NCBI RefSeq assembly: GCF_002571385.2
Contig: NW_019217784.1
Span: forward strand, 791,218-855,217
Direction: 5' to 3'
From: Stylophora pistillata
Taxonomy: Eukaryota
DNA: 64,000 nucleotides
Positions 35,418-47,000 of the stretch are shown piece by piece (position 1 is the stretch's first letter; every line of letters starts with the position of its first letter). The notes beneath the pieces were generated by a model, which saw only the letters and a list, made by a program, of their open reading frames with translations, did no database searches and was not told the DNA's origin. Position numbers and translations under genes: made by a program.

Positions 35418-36506
35418 TCAGGGTGTTACTTTTCTCAGTTGATCTTGTAATTTAGATAGAGTTTCTTGCCAGCTTTCTGGTGTAGAGCCCTTTTGGCCCT
35501 GTGTGACAACAGTTTTTGATCCGAGGTAAGTCGAAAACGCCGACGACTCCAGTGAGGTTGCAGCACACCCAGGAATAGCGTTTGTTGCCAATTTTGATAC
35601 GCAAGAGAGAAGCTTCGGTGAGGTATGGAAAAGAAGCGAGTGGGGTGGCGAGGTGGCAGGATATTCTCGACTTCCAACCAAACTCAGAGAAGGGTACGAC
35701 CAGACGGATAATGGACTGTACAGGTAAGGGGACTCGTAAGAACCCATGATGCTGTCAATGGCGAAGCTTTTCTTGGTAGGACGAATGTAGGTCAGATTCG
35801 GGTATCCGCGACAGTCGTCAGCGCGAAAAGGAAAGAAAGATGAGGATGCTGAGAGAGGACTCAGCCCCCGGAAATACGCCGAGGGACAGGAGCTGCTTCC
35901 ATATTTTAGGGGATTACTTCTCCTCACCCGCCGTCTGGCTCTTCTACGCCTGAAATCACCATTGGCGAAGTCTTCAACGTTGGCCGGATGAATAGCCCAA
36001 TAGTTTCCTTTGCCGTTCTCACTGCGACCTGCTTTGATAAAACACTCGTTTAGCGACAAGTTGTGCCTAATACTATTTCTCCAACTCTTGTCCTTATTTC
36101 GGTAATACAGAAAGTTATCTGAAATGTACTGGTAGATATCTCCCAGTATCATCTTTTTGTTAGGGCAGCTTAGTATCGCCATCGCTATCAGCGCAATGTA
36201 AGAATGAGTTGGCTTCACGTCTGGATCGTTGCAATCAGTTTTATGACTACCATCTTCTTCGGGCGACTGGCTTTGGTCCATCTTTGCTGGGTCGCCATCA
36301 CAGTCTAGCCCGTTCACTCTATAGTTTTGCTCATATTCTTCAGAGCCCTGTGCTCCGTGATCGCTCTCTGAAATAACAAGTTCACTCTCTGCGTGTTCAA
36401 TTTCTTGGTTTTCGGGCAGTAATGCCATTTTACTGTGGCCCTCTGCAGTCGAAAGTTCTGCAAAGTTTGTAAGGTCAACCACTCGATCACTTAAAAATTC
36501 GCTCAT
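35418..36506 (-). CDS. foxQ2: Forkhead transcription factor, FoxQ2 class, single exon, 362 aa
   Basis: Forkhead domain KPTHSYIALIAMAIL...WRNSIRHNLSLNECFIKAGRSENGKGNYWAIHPANVEDFANGDFRRRRARRRVRR carries the FoxQ2 signature. An EH1-like FAIDSIM lies at 35765-35745. Confidence 0.92.
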   Translation of the reverse strand: MSEFLSDRVVDLTNFAELSTAEGHSKMALLPENQEIEHAESELVISESDHGAQGSEEYEQNYRVNGLDCDGDPAKMDQSQSPEEDGSHKTDCNDPDVKPTHSYIALIAMAILSCPNKKMILGDIYQYISDNFLYYRNKDKSWRNSIRHNLSLNECFIKAGRSENGKGNYWAIHPANVEDFANGDFRRRRARRRVRRSNPLKYGSSSCPSAYFRGLSPLSASSSFFPFRADDCRGYPNLTYIRPTKKSFAIDSIMGSYESPYLYSPLSVWSYPSLSLVGSREYPATSPPHSLLFHTSPKLLSCVSKLATNAIPGCAATSLESSAFSTYLGSKTVVTQGQKGSTPESWQETLSKLQDQLRKVTP

Positions 36507-39500
36507 GTCTCCTGTGTGTATTCTCTTGAAATTACCAGTGCCGTGTGTACTTTCTACGGCCCACTGCAGATTATGAATTATTATACTTTTAGTTAGTCAA
36601 ACAAATACCGTGCCAAACAATAGGTTCCGATTGGTTTCAGGTCGCTGACATATATTTATCACCACCCTCATGAGTGCTTATATTGACCTTACTGCAAATT
36701 GTTCTGTCTCGGCTAAACAAAGCCAAAAACTAACCAGCTAAATTGAGCCGAACGCGACACGAAATCCAAGGAAAATTTCAAACGAGAGCGTTTTCCAAGC
36801 CACGAAATTGCTAAGCTCCAATAAAATTCCTATACCGATAGATAAAATCAGTTTTTCGATAATTTCAGGTCTTGATTTCACCGCGTTTCTTTCATGTTAT
36901 TCTTGACTGTTAAGTTCTTTTGTAGACAAGGTGATTAAGGTAATTGCAAGGCCCGCCTCCATTGCTAGGATCGACCACCCGGTCCGCAGTCTAATAGTGA
37001 CCGCGTTTTACAAGCAGAGAGCTGATTGGCTGGACATTACATTGACACTAAGAAACAAGCTCTGGCCAATAAGTAATGCTTTTTATAAAATATAAGTTGC
37101 TAGAGACAGATGGCACCTTTTCTTTCTTCGCCAACAGACTAACAACAATAAAGCAATCGTTTTGATCCTCTAACCACCATTCGATGTGATAAATACTAAA
37201 AATTAACTGTTTTTGGGAAGTTTTCTGTTTGACAATCTGAACGAAACAAATTATGGTAGGTTTACAGCAGGTGCATAGCAAAGGTTGTTATTAGTTCGGG
37301 TTTATAAATAGGAAGAAAATTTATATATACGACGGACAAAGAGATGATGTTTACCTCTATTGTACATACCGCGCCAAATGACGTTAGCAAGCAATATTTC
37401 GCAGTGAGCGCGATCAATTTGACACGTCAGAACTCTTTAAACACAGTCTTGCTGGTACTTTGAAGAGTTATGAAAAACTCTTCTAGATAAAATTGTAATA
37501 TCCGACAGAGCATCATATAATTTAAAAAATTTAACATCTAAATTTCGATGGTCGATAACTTTCCAAATGCATACAGAGCAAGGCGTCAAAAGCAGTTGTT
37601 TTGTCTCACACATCTACTGAACTTGGGATTAATGTTTACATTTCTTGGCTGACAAATGATTGCGGTTTGGTCCACAAGTTCATTTTTAGCAGTTCGAAAA
37701 CGCGTTTCTCGTTTACAAAAAAATCATCTCCATCCCTTTTCAATAATTGTGTCCAGCAACGTTTAGTTTATGGGTTCTATTTCGTAGTTTGCGATGTTTG
37801 GGAAACTTGTATCATTTTGATGTTGGATCAACTTCAAACAAATTAAGCCTTTCCTTTCGTCCTAAGGCCAAATAGTTTTAATGATTTGATAAAACCTTTG
37901 GCACCCCAAAAATAATGAATTGATTAGCCCCACAATAACTATTGTTAAAATGCATTTATATCAGGGTAAATTTGAAGTCAAATCATACACGAAACAAAAC
38001 TGTTTGCTTGCATACATAGCTTCCGCTTACACGAACACGAATTATACTCAAACAAAGATATAGTCAGAAAAAAAATCTATGAAATTAGACATTTCTCAAA
38101 ATTGAGAGCAATTAATAAGATGTATTTTTTGAAGAAATGGAAAGAAACCACATTCTTTTGATATTTTCATTTTTGCCCACTGACTTGTCTTGCAAATTAA
38201 ATAGGTAAAAATGCCGTAATCTTGGCGAGGCATATATATATAACTGGATACTCCTTCAACTATTTCTATTGTTCGACAGATAAAATAGTTGTTGGTGCAA
38301 AAATACACCTGTTAATTGCGTTTTGCCGCTTGCTAAAATTTCAGAAATATTCCTCCTTGATTTATTGAACAGCAAATGACGATTTTTATCAACGGAGATA
38401 TGTTTCTCTAATTTTTACTCAGGTGGTGTCGAGCGATTGCGGTATATACATGAACAGAACTCTCGAGAAGCAGCGCTCAGCGAACCACGATATAATTGTG
38501 GAATTTAAGTTTGTTTTCCTCCCAGCATGGCATCTAAAAACACAAAGATCAGTTTTGATAAGTCTCCAGCTGGTTTCGACCGAGTTTATGAAAAGAACAG
38601 AGCAGTTTGTTGTTGCAAAACAAAGAATTTACAATGTGTGTGGCAAACAACATATTGACTTGACTTGTTTGCGCTTGTAGCCCGAAGTGCATTTTACATA
38701 TTGACTTAAATAAGTTTCATGGAATGTTTTTTGCCACTATTATCTTATTGAAAGAAAAATGATGGTCGTTCGACGTGGGTGAAATAAATCATTTTCCACC
38801 GAGGCCAAACTTTATGTATAAAACACTTTTCAAGGTATTTTTAACTAGATTTCAAGACTCACTAATTTTGAATCAGTAATATCTGTAGCTTTTTTCTAGG
38901 TTGGAAAGCGTGAAGAAAATACTTTTTTTGTCGTTGGCCAATCTTTTTTGCTGTAAATATTGTCATCTGGTTTAGAGCACATTTGCTTGCATGGCAAATA
39001 TATTTCGCCTTAAAACACTTTTGTGTGGCTATGCCACATAAATCATCTTGGCTTTCTAAGACAATTTAACTTAATTATTAATGGCCATTAGAAAGTGTCG
39101 TTCAAATCATTTCTCTCGGCTTGCTATTAGGGCCAACGTCAGTACAGTCTATGAATAAGTCTCTGTTGTTTCTGTGACTGAAAGGAGTACGAATTGTTAA
39201 GTTTACCCCACGATTAATAATAACGAGCTCCAACTGCACGCCGTATGTGAATAAATCCACACAGGGATATATAGAAAGCGATACATGTACACATGATTCT
39301 CAACTGTTTTATTACATTTAGAAATTGAGTGGATTATGGACAGGCAATGATTAATTAGCTCAATTAAGGTGATTAGCAACTTGTTTTATTGTCTTTTTCA
39401 TTATAGCATCATTGTTTGAAAACCAACCCCACCCCCAAAGGACAGCTGCCAGCGAACTGAGCTTAATTCGATCTCTTTCAATAAAATATCGGTTTTTCGG

Positions 39501-42500
39501 AACGAACATGAAAACTTCCTTTGTGAGGTGATCTTTCTCTTTATCTCCCTTTGTTTGATGTATTTTGCTTGCAGTAAACATGCGTAAGGAAAAGTGAATA
39601 AGCGTCGTACGCTGAATCAGACAAAAACAGTGAAAATCACCTTTCAGCATCAAATGAGATACACCTTGAATTACTTTTTACCAGAGATTGATTCACTGCA
39701 TTTGTGCTCTTGAATAGGTTCGTCTAATATTCGTGAAGAGTTTGCTCTTTTCTTTTTCTTTTGCTTGCCGGAATCGTTGTTGTCTTTTAGTGACATTACT
39801 TGGCGATTAAAAGACTCGCAGGAAGCAATATCGTTTACATGAGGTGACACAAAACCATTTCAATATCACAAATAAACCATAGAGAACTCATTTGCAATTG
39901 AGTTGTATTGTGTAGTTAGTTAAACGGTTTTAGTGTTTCCTGGAAACAAATTCGAGCCGACTCTCAGTTAAAGAAAAAAAAAACAAAACTGAAATAGTAG
40001 GTCAACTTGGCAACGAATTAATTATCGAGTCACTACCGGTCGTACATTAAAGGTCTTTCGAGTTTTGAACATTGGGAGTGTTTTTTAAAGCCGTTTTTGC
40101 CTCTTTGTAGGCGATGCGGTCAAAGAGTAAAAAAATACAAAGCTCGGTGGTCAATTTATTTCTTGCCTTCCTTTCTGAATATCTCAAAGTATCATCCAAG
40201 TTTTCATTTTCTGTTCAGTTTCGTTTCTTGAACGCGGAACCTTCTGGCCTGACTTATTCTTTTCTGAATCGTTTGCAGAACTACTTTCATCGGATTTCCA
40301 TTTGATCAAAAAATTGCATTTGCAAGTGTAACTAACGTAGACGATTATAGAGAGCCGAGCTGTTGTTACAATCCGAGCGAAAGAAATTTCGCAAAAACTT
40401 GAAAACGACTCAGTTTGTGGAGATTCAGTTATCTTAATGTTTAGTTCAGTACAATCTACTCATAAAAACGAAAAATGGCGAAGTTTTGATGCTGTCGATA
40501 ATAAAGCTCGAATGGGCCCAGAGGAGGGGAATGGGTAGAGGAGTTTGAAGGATCTTACCCACGACATGACAATATCATTTACTCTAAAAATTGTCACTCG
40601 CATCAGAAGGTAGCGAACCTAACGCATCTCAGACCCTGTAATGACAACGAAAACAGTTATAATTGTAATTTAAGTTACATAAACAAGTACTCCACTAAAA
40701 AGACGTTTCCAGTTATCTACTGTAAATAAAGAAGAGAACGAAAGCTTTTCAAATTCCGAAAAATTCACAAACGGAATCTTCTTTCTGCAACATCTACTGG
40801 TCATCGAGTCTATTGCTATACAACATGGACAGTACAAGATAAAAAGATTCGAAACTTTCCAGCAATGAAATATAAGGATAAATAACTGACAAGTTTGCTT
40901 ATGATTTTATATTTATGCTACACGACTGTGCTAAAATTAAGATTTATAATATATTATCTTCAGCTAAATTTCCCAAAAAATTGAACTGTTCCACTTATAC
41001 GATGATTGGAACTAGTATTCGAATATCATCTTTTTTGTTGTCCCGGCAACATTGACATTCGTGTTGTCCTGGAGACGTTGGTTTGACCAAACATGTTTTC
41101 CTCGATCTCCAGAGCTGTACTTATTTTTGGATGACTACTCGATGGTGTGCATGCTCGTATGAAGCGGTAAAATAAAGAGCCAATCTTAATCTATAATTAT
41201 AACATTTTCGCACACTAAAATATGCCCTTTTTTCCAGATATTTTGTGTACATAAACTGTTTCATATTCTTTCGGGAAAGAAAAAAAAAGTGGTTGATCAA
41301 ATGATAACGAAGAAGCAAGAAAAGTTTAAGACTTACCTTTCCCCTTCAAACTCTTTTATTTTTGACCAGTTTCAATAGCCGGCAGTATTCGTGATCTAAG
41401 ACGCACAATGTAAACTGGACTTCTAAGAGTAATGACGTCAGTAAGTCTCTAGTGACTCTTTAAAGTTTTTAACATAATATTGAAGCTATATTTAAACGTT
41501 ACCCGAATTAAGCACTTTTTCTCTCTATGAATATGTTTGTAATAACTTCTTTAAGGAAAGATGATAGATCAAATTTTCGATCAATTTTTTTTTATTTCAT
41601 TTCATATTTTACCTGGATGTAACGGCTTGTCATGATCATCTTCCACTGCAAAAGAAGTAAATAAGAAGAATAATACACTAAAAAAACAAAAACAGAAAGG
41701 AGAGAAAACCAGTGTTAGAAGTTGATGGAATCCCTTCACCCTTGCATTGTTTGGCTGCGTGTTAGTCGTCAAATGTAAAGAAGACGAGAAAATTCATCAT
41801 CAAGAGTGAAGTTCAATTATTACAATCAACAATGAACCCTGAGTTAAACTACAAGTAAAATTTGCATTGTTTCTCACTTTCCTGATCTAGTTTCTCTGTG
41901 ATGTAAATGAGATTTGTAACAGTCATTTACTCACCGATAGAAATCAAGTGACCGAGAGAGTACAATCTTTCATATCGAAACGTTTGTAGCTTTTATTTTG
42001 GGATCAATTAATTTGTTTCTCAGGGAAATGTTCAAAATTTATTCAAATCCTAATGGTTTGGTCTCGCTTCCCGATCTCAGTGATTACTGTGGGTTATGTC
42101 ATGCAGTGCGTACTGAGATGTTACCTACTGACTGATTTATAACTGAAATATTTTTGTTTCAGAGAAGAAAAGAAACATTTTTAGCAGCTGGAAAAGGATT
42201 CATTTTCAACTTTGTATGAGAAATAGTTGATACGGTGAAATGGGGAGAGAGCGTGGGCCCTAAACACAAATATTGCCCATACCAATTCATGGACCAAATT
42301 ACGTCGGAAAGTAATTTGGAAAAAAAAACAGAAAATGGGAATACTTAATAGAGACTACAGAAAACTGAAGTAACTGTTCAAAACTTATAAAACAGCATAT
42401 GAACAATGATGTAAAATATCTTTGCAAATGTTACACCTTTTGCATATTTGTTTTAATAATAACAGTCTTTTATTAGGAAGCTCCATCACAATAGTGGTTT

Positions 42501-43867
42501 ACGTATTCGTGGATGTAAAAAAGACTCAAATATTCAAATGCAAGACAGCCACAAGCTCCAAACTACAAAGTTCGTAACCTAAAAGTATAGGTAAGATAAG
42601 CTTGTATTTGGCAAATGACAGGAAATGCAGGTTATATGTGTTGATAATAACCCATGGAATGGGAAGGGAACTTGTCGAACTGAAACAAAAGTAATGCAGC
42701 AAGTATTGTGACTAAATATCCGAGAAATATAACCAAGAGTCAGACCACTGCTAGAATCATAGTCAAGTGTTAAAAGGCTATATATCTGAATACTTTGTAA
42801 TGTAGGATGGCAAATTCAGACGGTGAACTGTGTTTTATTTGCAACACTTTCTTCAGAGACAAATTAGTCCATTGGCCAGGACCCCCAAAAGGCAGATTCA
42901 CCATTCTAGAATGAGCGCTCGTTTATTTTTTGTCAGATCGGGTATAATCTCGATAGCACTGGCAGTGGGGGGTATATACAGACCGAAGACCGAAGACAAA
43001 CCAGATAACGAACACCTAAGACCCACAACCGAAATATCGCGCGCTACATTTTGTGAGGCCATGAGCGCACGTTATGGACAGGGTTCTCGTTTCTGGAAAA
43101 AGCTGGAATCAAACTTCAAAAAGACCTTAGCCTGAATGTTTGCCGGCCGCCGGCATAATGTGGAAAGGTGTTCGTTTTGAAAACCCCCGCTAGGACGAGT
43201 TGTGGACGTTTATACAACAAAGCATGGCGAGCGATTTATCATGTATTTTGTGGCCTGAAAAATCGTTTTAGAAAAGGTTTTCGTTTTTTATTCTGAGCCT
43301 ACTTTTTCTACAAAACAAGGGCCCTATCAATAACGTTATTACAACTCCTCACAAAATGTAGTAGCGACGAGTGATGAGTTCAACGTCCTCTTTATGTTGT
43401 TTTTCACAAGTTGCCACACCAAATTTTTGTGTCCGTTGTTTATTAACTATGTCTTTTTAAAGCGTCATAAAAGGGCGAGGCTTATATGACGAGGACTTTG
43501 AAGGACTTCGCTTCTTTGAAGCTTACTCCTGATACCTTTCAAGTTTGACTTCTGGTTTCATTTAGTTCTCTTTTTGGCTTTTAGCCAAAAAATTGTTTTC
43601 AAAATGCTGTTACATACATTGGTTTATTTGATATGGTAAACAAAGAATGCGTTGGAAACGATCATTTTTTCCAAGTTATGCAGTATTTTCACAAATAAGG
43701 GAGAGCAGAAAAATTGGCAAAGCTACTCTTTCACTGTTGCTATCAAGTAAATTTTTTTAAGTATTTCACATAACCTTTCATCAGATAACACTCAATTAGA
43801 GAGGTACCGAGAACCTACTCTGGACTAAAGGATTATAGGGGGATCATTAAGTTTCTGATGTTACGTT

Positions 43868-43991
43868 GACCCATCCTCGGGGCAGAGTCGATTTCAAGTC
43901 AGGCCAGGAGGCCACTGGGGACAGTGAAATCGACTTACAGCCCCTGGGTCTCTGAAGATGACACTGTCCCTCAGGTCGTCCTGGCTGGGTC
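43868..43991. repeat. GC-rich element of interleaved inverted repeats (MITE-like core) just upstream of NDUFA9
   Basis: Complementary pairs: GACCCA/TGGGTC, GGGGC/GCCCC, AGTCGATTTCA/TGAAATCGACT, GCCAGGA/TCCTGGC, GGGACAGTG/CACTGTCCC. Termini are CATCCTCGG...CTGAAGATG. Confidence 0.7.
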
Positions 43992-44078
43992 GCAAGCTTC
44001 TGCTAATATGACAGCTGTTAACTGACCGCAGGAAAAAGCGGGCTCGGATTGCAGTTCAGAGCGCCGCCATATCCCGCC

Positions 44079-47000
44079 ATGTTGGTTACCCAATGCTTTG
44101 GAAAGTTATATTGTAAGTGGCTGTGATTAGGTAGTTCTACCATTTTTGTGGCTAAATCTAAGTATGTGAACTTCGAGGGTAGAGTTTACTTTGAAGCATC
44201 AGTGTGTACCGCATTTTTTGTTTCGTAAAATTAGGATGTCTGACGTCAATGCGCTTGCCTTAGTTTATTTCTGATTAGACAAGTTGTACCGTAGTTACTA
44301 TGAACGTTCTCTTGGTTAATAGTGCAAGGTAACAGCTGAGTGTTTGAATTTAAAAACTAACCATCGATTCTGAGTGATCATCGCCGTCAGTGTTGAACTT
44401 TGATTTAAAATTTTGGGTATGATTAGTTCTTTACTCTTAAAATGAGACAATATTTTTTCGTAATCTTCAGGCTCTCCTACAAGATTTGCTGGACTCGCAC
44501 TTTCTTTTAAGGTCAGCACAGTTTGTGATTATCAGTGTTTTAATTTTTAATGGTTATTATTGGCATTCTTTATTTTATGTGTTCAAGGGGCAACACTTTA
44601 TGTACATAATGTTTGTTAACACCAAGGTATTATAACATAATATAAGTCCAGTTTATAATAAAGTTTGGATATAACGCATTCTGTCATTGGTTGAAAGGGA
44701 TGCTCTATCAGAGTACAGAGCATGGGGCTGAGCTAAAGCTGTCACAGCATCTGCGTATTTGTTCTATGTGTAGCTGTTTTTGTTAACTGAAAGCAAAATT
44801 TTGGAGTAAACAAGCTGGAAAGTTGTATCAGAGAGAGGAATATAGGTTTGTAACCATGCCAAGCATTGTAATTTGTATTACTATAACATATGCTGAGACA
44901 AAAATCATTAAGGAGAAAACAGAAGGGACAGTTTGAGTTTGAAGGTTTTCACACTCAGTTAGAATTTAAACTTGCATACAGTAGTAAAAATCAAACACAG
45001 CAAATATTTTAATAGTGTAAATAGTTTTGTGTAAACAAAAACAGAACAAAACAGGAATGACAAAACTTGAAAATATATCCTAACTGGCCCCACTGTTAAA
45101 ATTCTTACAAATCATGACATGTTAGAGTGACTACCGTTATGCTGAGGTCCATTGTGGCTAGCTCATCATGGCAGTCTCTGGTCATTACAGTGAAGCAAGC
45201 CTCAGAAATTACATTGGCCGCCCTTCAAGTGAACTGAACTTAGAGCTTGCTCTGATATCCTTTCCAATGCATCAAGTGAAAGGCCACATTAGTCACAGCA
45301 GCCAAGTTTATGGAGCTGTCATCCTGAGCAATTTTCATTCATAAACACATCCCTTAAGCTGTTTGTATTCTAATTGTCAATTGTCAGATTTCAAGCCTTC
45401 TCAAAAAGATCGTAAGGAGTAGGTTAATGGATTGGAGGAGTAGGTTGAGGTGCTAACGGCACCCCTTTGAGTGCCCTGCATGCACGAGCCTGTAGGGGGG
45501 TCCGGAACATGCTCTCCGGAAAATTTTGGAAATTTACATGCTTGGAGATCCAATTTGGTGCATTTTGGGTGTGTCAAAAGGGAAAAAAGTCGTGTAATTA
45601 TTATATAAGATATAAGTGGATCACGCCAGCTAAACGCACTCTGGTGGCTTTTCTTTAACTTTCTCTGTTTGTGTTTAATTTTTCTTATTTTCTTTTTTAT
45701 TTGTTGCCATTGAAAATTATATATTTTGACTGAAAAGAGACGGCCAAGATTTGAAAGGAGGTGGCTCGTTGAGCCACTGACCAGCCAGTTTTGAGAAGGC
45801 TGATTTCACTGCACATTTCATCAGATTCAGTATTAAGACTAAAAAAACTGAAGGTAAAAGTATAAATTTGACCAGCCAAACTATTTGAGTTTGTGAACTA
45901 TTGCAGATTGTGAACTTTGATGGTTTGACATTTTTGACAGCATTAGTCTTGTTCAAACAATTTGATTTCTTGAACCATTCCAATAAGGATTCTGACTGGC
46001 TTATTGTAGCCTGCTTTATAAGAGTATAGAGCATGCTGACAGCACTGTTGTTCGCTTTGGGAATAAAGTTTGTTTGGCAATTTGGAAAGTTCTTTATTAC
46101 AAAACAAATAGAGAAGCCTTGACTGTGCTCCATTCTGTTGTAAAGCACTTAGGAACTGGCTAGAGCCCTCAAGAAGTAGGGAAAAACACTTCACTACCTT
46201 TCATGTTTCTCCCCTACACTTCTTTCATGCCAGGGCTTGACACTAATGGTAGCCCACTAGCCACAGACTAGTAGACATTCAGTTTTGGATGGTGGTTTTC
46301 AATTTCCACCGGCCAGTTTGGCTAGTAAATAAACTAAAATTGTCATAAAATCTAAGATGTCACTAGCCACTTGGCTAGTAAGTTGAAAAGTTAGTATCGA
46401 GCCCTGCATGCTCTAGCCACTTCCTAAGTGCTTTACAACAGAACAGAGCACAGTCAAGGCTTCTCTATTTGTTTATTTTGTCAATTTTTCTCCAGTAAAA
46501 GACCATATTAAGTATTTGAGGATTTTTGCAAAACTAATGTCTTTCATTAAAGGTGTGACAGAATACCATGCTGTGGCTCATGCATTGGAAGAACTTACCA
46601 TTTGCTTCCCTTGTGCATGTGCTCTCATCTACATGAGGGATATACACTTTATATTTAATTAATTAATTAAGCCGCAATAGGTCTCTTAAATTATTAATGT
46701 TAAACCAAACATGTGCAACTCATACTAGACAAAGTCTTGTCATTGCAGCGAAATGTGAGTTACTTGCCTAAAGCAGGACCAGGTGGAAGGTCATCTTTCA
46801 GTGGAGTGGTAGCCACAGTGTTTGGTGCAACTGGATTTCTTGGGAGATATGTCATCAACAGATTAGGTAAAATGTAAAAAGAAAGAATACAAGTCATTCT
46901 TGCACCTTCAGAGTTCAATTTATCTTTATGACAAGGCTGACAGTTGATTGTTAATTAATGTAAGTATTTTGTAAATACTAGCAGCAAATTTTAAGCCTCA

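Noticed and set aside
36590-36725. Fox/Sox autoregulatory sites upstream of foxQ2
   Set aside because: These are short A-rich motifs expected by chance in AT-rich DNA.
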